A stretch of 64,000 nt of DNA. Origin: Candidatus Latescibacterota bacterium. Its GTDB lineage: Bacteria > Latescibacterota > UBA2968 > UBA8231. Shown here in pieces: positions 42,230 through 51,197 of this stretch. The stretch lies in contig OZ253462.1 of the NCBI GenBank assembly GCA_965261395.1, positions 4,832,001 through 4,896,000 of the forward strand, read 5' to 3'. The notes beneath the pieces were generated by a model that was given only the letters and a program-made list of their open reading frames with translations, was not told the origin of the DNA and made no database searches. The first letter of the stretch is position 1. Every line of letters starts with the position of its first letter. The translations under genes were made by a program, and so were the position numbers.

Positions 42230-45200
42230 TCATCGAATCAAGACCATCTTATTCATCAGGACGTGCTTACTGGTTCGTAGCTGATACAGGTACACGCCCG
42301 AGGTGACCGGGTGTCCCTGCTGGTCGCGGCTGTCCCAGTCGATGGTGTGATAGCCTGCTTCCAATTCGTGGTCGTCCCACAGGGTGCGCACCACTTGCCC
42401 GGCCATGTTGTAGATGGTCAGGGAGACAGGGCCGCTAGCGGGTAGCTGGATATGCAACGTCGTGGTCGGATTGAACGGATTGGGTGCGGCGATGGCAGCT
42501 AACACGGAGTCGGGCATCGCCTGGAGACTAACGGGTTTGGCCGACGCGGCCGTCACCGGAGAGGTCCAGAAACTACTGGCAGAGTTGCTGGGAGGGTCGT
42601 CCGGGCGACAGTTATCTCTATAGGAGACGGACGCGTACAGCCGACTCCCCACATCCGATGTCGTAGGTGTGTAGCTGGACAGCTCCGGGTAGCGCGGCGA
42701 ATTGTCGTCCTCCGACCGCGACGCAGAAATGCTACCCCAACTCCAGCTCGCCCCGGTGATCCCCCCATCCGGGTCCGTCAGCGTCGCCGTCAGCGGTACC
42801 CCCACCTGCGGCGAGTACGAGGTAAGCGACACGGAGCCCGAAGGGCACGGGCGGGGGGGATCGGGTCCGGTTATGAACGTCCTACTCTCGCAGGCTAGGG
42901 ACTCGCCGTTCTTTTTGGCACACACCGTAAAGTCGTATTCGGTGTCGCTTTCCAGACCCGACTCCGTATGGTTAGTGGTATTCCCTACCGAAGTCCCGTT
43001 GACCGTGTAGTCGTCGATCCCCTCGCAGTTGGAGGTACTCCAACTGAGGGAAACCTGATTATGAGTTGACCACCCCGAGAGGTCCAGCACGCAGTCGGGT
43101 TTGGGGTCTTCGGGTTGTTCGGGTTCGGGTTGTTCGGGTTCGGGTTGTTCGGGTTCGGGTTGTTCAGGTGGGGATATGGGCGTGGCCATTATACTCCTAA
43201 ATGAACCCCCTCCCACACTGTTGACCGCCCGCACATAAAATGTATAGGTCGTGCCGTTAGTCAGGCCCGACTCCGTCTTGCTGCGGGCGGAGGCACCGCC
43301 TGACACGGTAGCCCAACTCTCCCCATCGCGCCGATACCGGTAGTGGGTGATTGGCGAGCCCCCATCCGACAAGGGAGCATCCCAATAAAGCGTCACCCAC
43401 TCATCGCCTGCCGACGCCGAGAGGTTGCGAACCGCTCCCGGCTTAGAGACGGCGGGCGTGGCCGACACCCGGCTGGCTGGTCCTTCGCCCGCCGCGTTGA
43501 CGGCCCGCACTTCAAACGTGTATTCGGTGTCGTTAGTCAGGCTCGACACCGTCTGGCTGCGGGCCGAAGAACCGCCCGTCACGTCAGCCCAAGCTGGCTC
43601 CGACGCGGTCCAAGTGTCATGGCTATTGCTGCTGTAGCGATACTGGTAGTGGGTGATCGGCGTGCCCCCATTCGACGCGGGCGCCTCCCAACTAAGCACT
43701 ATCTGCTCATCGCTTGGCGTCGCCTCAAAGTTGACCACCGCCTCCGGCACCGTGGCGGGCGTGGCCGACCCACGGCTGGCGGGGCTTGCTCCCACACTGT
43801 TGACGGCACGCACTTCAAAGGTGTATTCGGTGCCGTTGGTCAGGCTCGACACCGTCTGGCTGCGGGCCGCAACCCCGTCCGACACGGTAGTCCACGCCGG
43901 CTCCGACGCGGTCCAGGTGCTATAGCTGTCGCTGCTGTAGCGATACTCGTATCCGGTGATCGCGGCACCCCCATCCGACAAGGGCACCTCCCAACGGAGC
44001 ACCACCTGCTCAGGACTTGGCATCGCCTCAAGGTTGACCACCGCCTCCGGCACCGTGACGGGCGTGGCCGACCCACGGCTGGCGGGGCTTGCTCCCGCCG
44101 CGTTGACGGCGCGTACCTCAAAGGTGTATTCGGTGCCGTTAGTCAGGCTCGACACCGTCTGGCTGCGGGCCGAAGAACCGCCCGTCACGTCAGCCCAAGC
44201 TGGCTCCGACGCGGTCCAAGTGTCATGGCTATTGCTGCTGTAGCGATACTCGTATCCGGTGATCGGCGAGCCCCCATCCGACAAGGGGGCCTCCCAACGG
44301 AGTACCACCTGCTCATCGCCGGCCGACGCCGAGAGGTTCCGCACCGTAAATCCGGGTGCGACCGACACCCGGGCCGCCTCGCCGGCTCCCACCGCGTTGA
44401 CGGCGCGCACTTCAAACGTGTAGGTTGTGCCGTTGGTCAGGTTGTCTATGGGGTAGCGGGTCGTCTGGGCATCACTGCCTGCTATCTGCGTCCAGTCGGG
44501 ATCCCACGTAGTGCCATCGTTACGCTGCCGATACTCATAGTGGGTGATTGGCGAGCCGTTGTCGTTGGGGGTCGTCCAACTAAGGGTCACCTGCCCCGAG
44601 CCGGACATCGCCGACAGGCTCGGCGGGTCCGGTCGGTCGATCACCGGCTCGGTCCAGACACTAAGGACCGATTTGTTTGCGCCATGCACGTCATCATAGA
44701 CCGCCTCCATCTGTAGCTTTCGCCCGACATCGCGTTTCTTGGGTGTCACTCTCAGTGTATCAGAAAACTGATCTGCTCTGCTCGCCCCCTCCGACGACGC
44801 ACCGCGTTGCCTAGGCCCTAGCGGACGTCTATAATTCGAAAGCCACTGAACATTGGTCATCCTGCCATCGGGGTCTGTCAGCGTTGCCGTGACCGGCTCG
44901 CCCACCCGAGGCTGGGTCGTAGATAGCACCACCGTGCCCAGCTCATCGACATTGGACACTGTTACCAACACCGACACCGTTGCCGACAACGCGCCGTCGT
45001 CCGCAACGACCACCTCCACGGCGTAGCTCGGCTGAGTCTCAAAGTCGGGGGCCTCTTGGAAGTGGAGGGTGCTCGTCGTGCCGCTCCCTTGTAATTGGAA
45101 GGCGCTGGCATCGGCACCCGCCAGCGTCCAGGTCAGTTCGTCGTCATCGGGGTCTGTGGCCTCATAGGTGGCTACGGCATCGGTGCTGTTTTCGTCCACC

Positions 45201-48200
45201 GACGCACTGCTGGGGCCAGCCAACTCCGGCGGACGGTTGGGTTGCACCGGCATAGCAGCCGCATGACCGGCCTTGCCTTCTCCCACCTCGTTGACGGCAC
45301 GCACCTCAAAGGTGTATTCGGCACCGTTGGTCAGTTCATCTCTCGTGTAGCTTGTCGTTTGGGCATCGCTGTCTGGTATCTGCGTCCAGTCGGGATCCCA
45401 AGAGGCGTTGTCCTCATCGACACGCTGCCGGTACTCATAGTGGATGATCGGCGAGCCGTTGTCGTTGGGGGTACTCCAACGGAGGGTCACCAGCCCATTG
45501 CCCGGCGTCGCCGACAGGCTCGGCTGATCTGGCCGGCCGATCACCGGCTCGGTCGGAGCCGACTCAACCGACTTGTCGGTACCTTGGCCGTCCTCATAGT
45601 GCGCCCTCGCCTGCAGCCGTGTCCCAACCATCGCTTGAGTGGGAGTGAACGTCGAAGAAAGCCCCTCCGATGTACCGGCCTCCTCCGATGCCGTACCGTC
45701 CTGCAACCAAGTCCACAGAACATGGGTCATCCTGCCATCGGGGTCTGTCAGCGTTGCCGTGATCGGCTCGCCCACCCGAGACTGGGTCGTAGATAGCACC
45801 ACCGTGCCCAGCTCATCGACATTGGACACTATTACCAACACCGACACCGTCGCCGACAACGCGCCGTCGTCCGCAACGACCACCTCCACGGCGTAGGTCG
45901 GCTGGGTCTCAAAGTCGGGGGCCTCTTGGAAGTGGAGGGTGCTCGTCGTGCCGCTCGCGTCATGGTCCAAGCGGAAGGCGCTGGCATCGGCACCCGCCAG
46001 CGTCCAGGTCAGTTCGTCGTCATCGGGGTCTGTGGCCTCATAGGTGGCTACGGCATCGGTGCTGTTTTCGTCCAACAACACGGTGCTAGGGCCAGCCAAC
46101 TCCGGCGGACGGTTGGGTTGCACCGGCATAGCCAGCACAAGGGCACCCCTGCCTGCTCCCACCTCGTTGACGGCATGCACCCGAAACCTGTAGGTCGTGC
46201 CGTTAGTCAGGTTGTCTATGGTGTAGCTTGTCGTTTGGGCATCGCTGCCTGGTATCTGCGTCCAGTCGGGATCCCAAGAGGCGTTGTCCTCATCGATTCT
46301 ATGCCGGTACTTATAGTGGGTGATTGGTGAGCCGTTGTCGTTGGGGGTACTCCAACTAAGGGTCACCTGACCATCGCCCGGCGTTGCCGATAGGCTCCTT
46401 GGCCGGCTCGGCCGGCCGATCACCGGCTCGGTCGGAGCCGACTCAACCGACTTGTCGGTACCTTGGCCGTCCTCATAGTGCGCCCTCGCCTGCAGCCGTG
46501 TCCCGACCATCGCTTGAGTGGGAGTGAACGTCGAAGAAAGCCCCTCCGATGTACCGGCCTCCTCCGATGCCGTACCGTCCTGCAACCAAGTCCACAGAAC
46601 ATGGGTCATCCTGCCATCGGGGTCTGTCAGCGTTGCCGTGACCGGCTCGCCCACCCGAGACTGGGTCGTAGATAGCACCACCGTGCCCAGCTCATCGACA
46701 TTGGACACTATTACCAACACCGACACCGTCGCCGACAACGCGCCGTCGTCCGCAACGACCACCTCCACGGCGTAGGTCGGCTGGGTCTCAAAGTCGGGGG
46801 CCTCTTGGAAGTGGAGGGTGCTCGTCGTGCCGCTCGCGTCATGGTCCAAGCGGAAGGCGCTGGCATCGGCACCCGCCAGCGTCCAGGTCAGTTCGTCGTC
46901 ATCGGGGTCTGTGGCCTCATAGGTGGCTACGGCATCGGTGCTGTTTTCGTCCAACAACACGGTGCTAGGGCCAGCCAACTCCGGCGGACGGTTGGGTTGC
47001 ACCGGCATAGCCAGCACAAGGGCACCCCTGCCTGCTCCCACCTCGTTGACGGCATGCACCCGAAACCTGTAGGTCGTGCCGTTAGTCAGGTTGTCTATGG
47101 TGTAGCTTGTCGTTTGGGCATCGCTGCCTGGTATCTGCGTCCAGTCGGGATCCCAAGAGGCGTTGTCCTCATCGATTCTATGCCGGTACTTATAGTGGGT
47201 GATTGGTGAGCCGTTGTCGTTGGGGGTACTCCAACTAAGGGTCACCTGACCATCGCCCGGCGTTGCCGATAGGCTCCTTGGCCGGCTCGGCCGGCCGATC
47301 ACCGGCTCGGTCGGAGCCGACTCAACCGACTTGTCGGTACCTTGGCCGTCCTCATAGTGCGCCCTCGCCTGCAGCCGTGTCCCGACCATCGCTTGAGTGG
47401 GAGTGAACGTCGAAGAAAGCCCCTCCGATGTACCGGCCTCCTCCGATGCCGTACCGTCCTGCAACCAAGTCCACAGAACATGGGTCATCCTGCCATCGGG
47501 GTCTGTCAGCGTTGCCGTGACCGGCTCGCCCACCCGAGACTGGGTCGTAGATAGCACCACCGTGCCCAGCTCATCGACATTGGACACTGTTACCAACACC
47601 GACACCGACACCGTTGCCGACAACGCGCCGTCGTCCGCAACGACCACATCCACGGCGTAGGTCGGCTGGGTCTCAAAGTCGGGGGCCTCTTGGAAGTGGA
47701 GGGTGCGGGTCGTGCCGCTCCCTTGTAATTGGAAGGCGCTGGCATCGGCACCCGCCAGCGTCCAGGTCAGTTCGTCGTCATCGGGGTCTATGGCCTCATA
47801 GGTGGCTACGGCATCGGTGCTGTTTTCGTCCAACAACACGGTGCTAGGGCCAGCCAACTCCGGCGGACGGTTGGGTTGCACCGGCGTAGCCAGCACAAGG
47901 GCACCCCTGCCTTCTCCCACCTCGTTGACGGCACGCACCCGAAACCTGTAGGTCGTGCCGTTAGTCAGGTTGTCTCTCGTGTAGCTTGTCGTTTGGGCAT
48001 CGCTGTCTGGTATCTGCGTCCAGTCGGGATCCCAAGAGGCGTTGTCCTCATCGACACGCTGCCGGTACTCATAGTGGATGATCGGCGAGCCGTTGTCGTT
48101 GGGGGTACTCCAACGGAGGGTCACCTGACCATTGCCCGGCGTCGCCTGAAGATCCGTCGGCTTCGAGGGGCGGTCCTGCTCATCCTGCGAATGCACAGGA

Positions 48201-48253
48201 AAAGCAAAAAAGCACATAAAGAAAAAGCTGATCCTACTAATGATGTTCTTCAT
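42230..48253 (-). CDS. Giant adhesin-like protein: FN3 + cadherin-like + Ig-like repeats, C-terminal FlgD domain
   Basis: Signal peptide; FN3 (LxW..P.DNGSPI..YEY...LTNG..Y.F.VRAVN); cadherin-like ENSTD.VATY.A.DPD.D, PDFE; C-terminal PNPFNP.T...IYNMAGQ.VR...WD.RD..G..V.SGVY. Confidence 0.9.
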   Translation of the reverse strand: MKNIISRISFFFMCFFAFPVHSQDEQDRPSKPTDLQATPGNGQVTLRWSTPNDNGSPIIHYEYRQRVDEDNASWDPDWTQIPDSDAQTTSYTRDNLTNGTTYRFRVRAVNEVGEGRGALVLATPVQPNRPPELAGPSTVLLDENSTDAVATYEAIDPDDDELTWTLAGADASAFQLQGSGTTRTLHFQEAPDFETQPTYAVDVVVADDGALSATVSVSVLVTVSNVDELGTVVLSTTQSRVGEPVTATLTDPDGRMTHVLWTWLQDGTASEEAGTSEGLSSTFTPTQAMVGTRLQARAHYEDGQGTDKSVESAPTEPVIGRPSRPRSLSATPGDGQVTLSWSTPNDNGSPITHYKYRHRIDEDNASWDPDWTQIPGSDAQTTSYTIDNLTNGTTYRFRVHAVNEVGAGRGALVLAMPVQPNRPPELAGPSTVLLDENSTDAVATYEATDPDDDELTWTLAGADASAFRLDHDASGTTSTLHFQEAPDFETQPTYAVEVVVADDGALSATVSVLVIVSNVDELGTVVLSTTQSRVGEPVTATLTDPDGRMTHVLWTWLQDGTASEEAGTSEGLSSTFTPTQAMVGTRLQARAHYEDGQGTDKSVESAPTEPVIGRPSRPRSLSATPGDGQVTLSWSTPNDNGSPITHYKYRHRIDEDNASWDPDWTQIPGSDAQTTSYTIDNLTNGTTYRFRVHAVNEVGAGRGALVLAMPVQPNRPPELAGPSTVLLDENSTDAVATYEATDPDDDELTWTLAGADASAFRLDHDASGTTSTLHFQEAPDFETQPTYAVEVVVADDGALSATVSVLVIVSNVDELGTVVLSTTQSRVGEPITATLTDPDGRMTHVLWTWLQDGTASEEAGTSEGLSSTFTPTQAMVGTRLQARAHYEDGQGTDKSVESAPTEPVIGRPDQPSLSATPGNGLVTLRWSTPNDNGSPIIHYEYRQRVDEDNASWDPDWTQIPDSDAQTTSYTRDELTNGAEYTFEVRAVNEVGEGKAGHAAAMPVQPNRPPELAGPSSASVDENSTDAVATYEATDPDDDELTWTLAGADASAFQLQGSGTTSTLHFQEAPDFETQPSYAVEVVVADDGALSATVSVLVTVSNVDELGTVVLSTTQPRVGEPVTATLTDPDGRMTNVQWLSNYRRPLGPRQRGASSEGASRADQFSDTLRVTPKKRDVGRKLQMEAVYDDVHGANKSVLSVWTEPVIDRPDPPSLSAMSGSGQVTLSWTTPNDNGSPITHYEYRQRNDGTTWDPDWTQIAGSDAQTTRYPIDNLTNGTTYTFEVRAVNAVGAGEAARVSVAPGFTVRNLSASAGDEQVVLRWEAPLSDGGSPITGYEYRYSSNSHDTWTASEPAWADVTGGSSARSQTVSSLTNGTEYTFEVRAVNAAGASPASRGSATPVTVPEAVVNLEAMPSPEQVVLRWEVPLSDGGAAITGYEYRYSSDSYSTWTASEPAWTTVSDGVAARSQTVSSLTNGTEYTFEVRAVNSVGASPASRGSATPATVPEAVVNFEATPSDEQIVLSWEAPASNGGTPITHYQYRYSSNSHDTWTASEPAWADVTGGSSARSQTVSSLTNDTEYTFEVRAVNAAGEGPASRVSATPAVSKPGAVRNLSASAGDEWVTLYWDAPLSDGGSPITHYRYRRDGESWATVSGGASARSKTESGLTNGTTYTFYVRAVNSVGGGSFRSIMATPISPPEQPEPEQPEPEQPEPEQPEDPKPDCVLDLSGWSTHNQVSLSWSTSNCEGIDDYTVNGTSVGNTTNHTESGLESDTEYDFTVCAKKNGESLACESRTFITGPDPPRPCPSGSVSLTSYSPQVGVPLTATLTDPDGGITGASWSWGSISASRSEDDNSPRYPELSSYTPTTSDVGSRLYASVSYRDNCRPDDPPSNSASSFWTSPVTAASAKPVSLQAMPDSVLAAIAAPNPFNPTTTLHIQLPASGPVSLTIYNMAGQVVRTLWDDHELEAGYHTIDWDSRDQQGHPVTSGVYLYQLRTSKHVLMNKMVLIR
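43109..43168 (-). repeat. 15-bp minisatellite x4 encoding a (PEQPE)n linker
   Basis: TTCGGGTTGTTCGGG x3 plus one variant. Confidence 0.9.
44858..48150 (-). repeat. ~879-bp tandem repeat, about 3.7 units (FN3-cadherin-Ig module)
   Basis: Identical or near-identical spurious ORFs recur at 879-nt offsets (45541/46420/47299; 45926/46805). Confidence 0.92.
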
Positions 48254-48359
48254 TTTTTACTCTCCTCTTTCGTGATTTCGTGCGTCGAACTGCGAATGGA
48301 CTCTACCTGCCGATCCTAATTTTAATCACGGACTAATGCTACAACTGTCTACCAAAATC

Positions 48360-48418
48360 ACACGTTTGTTATAGAGTAAAATAGACGCCAAAAAAAACAC
48401 GTTTGTCATAAAGTAAAA
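48360..48418. promoter_or_regulatory. 22-bp direct repeat, candidate operator upstream of the adhesin
   Basis: ACACGTTTGTTATAGAGTAAAA (48360) and ACACGTTTGTCATAAAGTAAAA (48397), 20/22 identical, in AT-rich DNA. Confidence 0.55.
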
Positions 48419-48429
48419 ATATTTGATAA

Positions 48430-48685
48430 CGTGAGTTCGGGTTAAGCGGCCTTCTAACAAGAGTCGTGCATCGCTTTTTAGGGCCGATTTTTAGTTTGGT
48501 GGCACTTGCTTATAGACAGGTTTGCAATGGATACGTTTGCAAAAATAGTACAAAAATTCCCTCTGTCAACCAAGAAATGTTGGTTTTGAGCTTCGTGATC
48601 AACTGGAGATCAAAGCGCGCGCTCAATTTGAACCCGAAAAACTAGCCTGTCGAGCTTTTGCCACTCTGCTTATCCCGAACTCACG
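48430..48685. mobile_element. MITE family A, copy 1
   Basis: TIR CGTGAGTTCGGG(T/A)TAAGC at both ends; homologous to 49370..49594 in inverted orientation; no matching target duplication. Confidence 0.85.
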
Positions 48686-48934
48686 TTAATCAACCTGAGC
48701 ATACTGGAGCTAAGCGACAACCAGATTGTCGATATAACCCCGCTGACTTTCTTGACCAACCTGAATTCGCTGCGGCTGTTCAGCAATCGGATTGCAAACT
48801 TGACCCCCCTAATTGTCAACGCTGGATTTGGGAAAGGCGATGAGGTAGGCTTGGGCGGCAATCCCCTCAGCGCCCAAGCCCGCAACCAACAGATCCCCGC
48901 CCTGCAAGCACGAGGCGTCAACGTCCATTACTAA
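48686..48934 (+). pseudogene. LRR gene 3' fragment (2 LRRs plus C-cap)
   Basis: LINLSILELSDNQIVDITPL...NPLSAQARNQQIPALQARGVNVHY*; begins exactly at the MITE end. Confidence 0.85.
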
Positions 48935-49024
48935 ACCCGAACCAGCCTCTGCACAAAGGAAGCCGTGATGAAAATCCAACTCACCGCTTAGTTCCTCACC
49001 CTGCTGGCCTTTAAAGAGAGTGCC

Positions 49025-49303
49025 ATGGTTGTAAGTGCTCATCCTCCACCCCAAGGCCGCTTCACACCAGAGGATGTCGCGTCCCTAACCCGTATCTCGG
49101 CTAGCGGTACGGCCATTCACAGTGTGGCCGGACTAGAACACTTTATAGCCCTGCAACGGCTGGATCTGAGTACCAATGAGATCGCCGATATAACGCCGCT
49201 GGCGGCCTTGACCGAGGTGGATTCGTTGGCTCTGCAGGACAATCAGATTGTGGATGTGACGCCGCTAACTGGCTTGGCCCCTAAAGGGAGCACCATGTTT
49301 TAG
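49025..49303 (+). pseudogene. Internally deleted paralog of the 54680 LRR gene
   Basis: PQGRFTPEDVASLT..SASGTAIHS..GLEHFIALQRLDL is nearly identical to the 54680 protein; the N-terminus and C-cap are missing. Confidence 0.85.
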
Positions 49304-49664
49304 GGAATTATATAGTTGACTAAGCGTAGTAGATTCAATCAAGAGCAATCATAATTTAGCTAAGTATTACGTGAGTTCGGGATAAGCAGAGAGGCAAAAG
49401 CTCGCCGGGCTAGTCTTTCGGGGTCTACTTGAACGCGCGCTTTGGTTTCCAGTTGATCCCCAAGCCCAAAATCACCATGTCTTGGTTGACACCGGGAATG
49501 GTCATCCTATCTTGTGCAAACGCACACATTACAACCGTATGTTACTAAGCGGAAGCACGACTCTAGTTAGAAGGCCGCTTAACCCGAACTCACGTAAGTA
49601 TTAACCTTATCATGGGCTCTCATGTTCAAGAGACCCGCTTAGCTTAGCCAAGTATATAATTCCC
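49303..49664. mobile_element. MITE family B (IS1595-like ends) containing a nested MITE A
   Basis: 23-bp TIR GGGAATTATATAGTTGACTAAGC / GCTTAGCCAAGTATATAATTCCC (21/23) with 8-bp TSD ATGTTTTA (49295-49302, 49665-49672). Confidence 0.88.
49370..49594. mobile_element. MITE family A, copy 2 (nested)
   Basis: Same TIRs as 48430..48685; 9-bp direct repeat TAAGTATTA at 49361-49369 and 49595-49603. Confidence 0.88.
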
Positions 49665-49704
49665 ATGTTTTAAGCCCTCCTTTCCCCTCCCAAGGAGAAT
49701 AGCC

Positions 49705-51159
49705 ATGATGCGCTTCGTCCTTTTTGTCCTAGTCCTTACCCTAGTCGCCTGCTCCGACTCCGCCCCGGTAGCACCTCATCCTGCGGGCAAAATCAACTGT
49801 GCCTTGTGCGCGTTCTTGGGCGACGACGACTACACCATTGCCGATGACGACGAGCAGGACACCGATGATAGCCCCGACAGCTCGTCCGAGACAGAAGCAG
49901 AAGCCGATAGCACTCAGGTGGACTCCTCTGTAACAGAAGCCGATAGCACTCAGGCGGACTCCTCTGTAGTCTCGGCCTCAGATCTAGGGAGTTTCTTCGG
50001 GGACGACCGCTACACCATTGCCGACAAGCTTTTCGCCGACACCAATCTGGAACGGGCCGTGCGACAGGCGCTGAATCGACCACAAGGCTCCCTGACACCA
50101 GAGGACTTTGCTCCTCTGACCACGCTTTCGGCCAGCGATAAAGACATTCGTAGTTTGGCAGGCCTTGAGCACCTTACCGCTCTGCAAGCGCTAAACCTGA
50201 GTGACAACCAGATTGTCGATATAACCCCACTAAACCAAATGACCAACCTGAAACGACTAGACCTGAAGAAAAATGAAATAGCCGATATAACCCCGCTAAC
50301 CAACTTGACGAACCTACTTTGGCTAGACCTGAGCAACAACCAGATCGCCAATCTAACCCCGCTGAACCAAATGACCGATCTGTTAAAGCTGTACCTGAGC
50401 GGCAACCAGATCGCCGATATAACCCCACTGAACCAAATAACCAAACTGTCAGATCTACATCTGAGCTGGAACCAGATTGTCGATATAACCCCGCTGAACC
50501 AAATGACGGATCTGAAAGGACTGGAACTAAGGGGCAACCAGATCGCCGATATAACCCCGCTGGCCGCCTTGGACCTGAACTGGCTAGATCTGAGTTTCAA
50601 TCAGATAGCTGATGTCACCCCACTGAGCGACTTAGAGCTGTTAACCCTAGCGCTAATGGGCAATCAGATCGCCGACCTAACCCCGCTGGCTACTTTGAAA
50701 AGCCTGTATTGGCTAAATGTGGGCAAGAACCAGATCACCGACCTAACCCCACTGATCGCCTTGAAACGCGGCCTGCATACACTGTTTCTGGATAACAATC
50801 AGCTATCCGATCTAACCCCGCTGGCCCAATTGACCGGCCTAGGTTGGCTGTATCTGGAACACAACCAAATAGTTGACCTAACCCCGCTGGCCCAATTAAC
50901 CCGACTAACAGGGCTGCTTCTGAACAACAATCAGATCGTCGATCTAACCCCGCTGACCCCGCTGACGAATCTGAATAGGCTGGATCTACACGACAATCGG
51001 ATTGAAGACCTAGCTCCCCTGATAGCCAATCCCGGCATGGATGAAGGCGTTTCAGGGTTTTTGGATAGGGTAACCTTGCGAGGGAATCCCCTCAACACCC
51101 AATCCCTTACCGAACATATTCCCGCCTTGATAGCAAGGGGCGTCAGCATCGAATACTAA
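49705..51159 (+). CDS. Type-A internalin-like LRR lipoprotein (13 LRRs)
   Basis: LVA-C lipobox, PHPAGK.NCALC motif, acidic linker, FAD.NLE cap, 22-aa LRRs, and a GNPL...IPAL.ARGV..EY cap. Confidence 0.9.
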   Translation: MMRFVLFVLVLTLVACSDSAPVAPHPAGKINCALCAFLGDDDYTIADDDEQDTDDSPDSSSETEAEADSTQVDSSVTEADSTQADSSVVSASDLGSFFGDDRYTIADKLFADTNLERAVRQALNRPQGSLTPEDFAPLTTLSASDKDIRSLAGLEHLTALQALNLSDNQIVDITPLNQMTNLKRLDLKKNEIADITPLTNLTNLLWLDLSNNQIANLTPLNQMTDLLKLYLSGNQIADITPLNQITKLSDLHLSWNQIVDITPLNQMTDLKGLELRGNQIADITPLAALDLNWLDLSFNQIADVTPLSDLELLTLALMGNQIADLTPLATLKSLYWLNVGKNQITDLTPLIALKRGLHTLFLDNNQLSDLTPLAQLTGLGWLYLEHNQIVDLTPLAQLTRLTGLLLNNNQIVDLTPLTPLTNLNRLDLHDNRIEDLAPLIANPGMDEGVSGFLDRVTLRGNPLNTQSLTEHIPALIARGVSIEY

Positions 51160-51197
51160 ATCCGACTCCGTCCCTTTTCTGCGAAAGGAAGATTGCC

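Noticed and set aside
43343-44716. 457-aa plus-strand ORF and other long antisense ORFs (e.g. 7526-8656, 9272-10105, 56973-57863)
   Set aside because: Shadow ORFs opposite well-supported genes in GC-rich or repetitive DNA, with no recognisable motifs.
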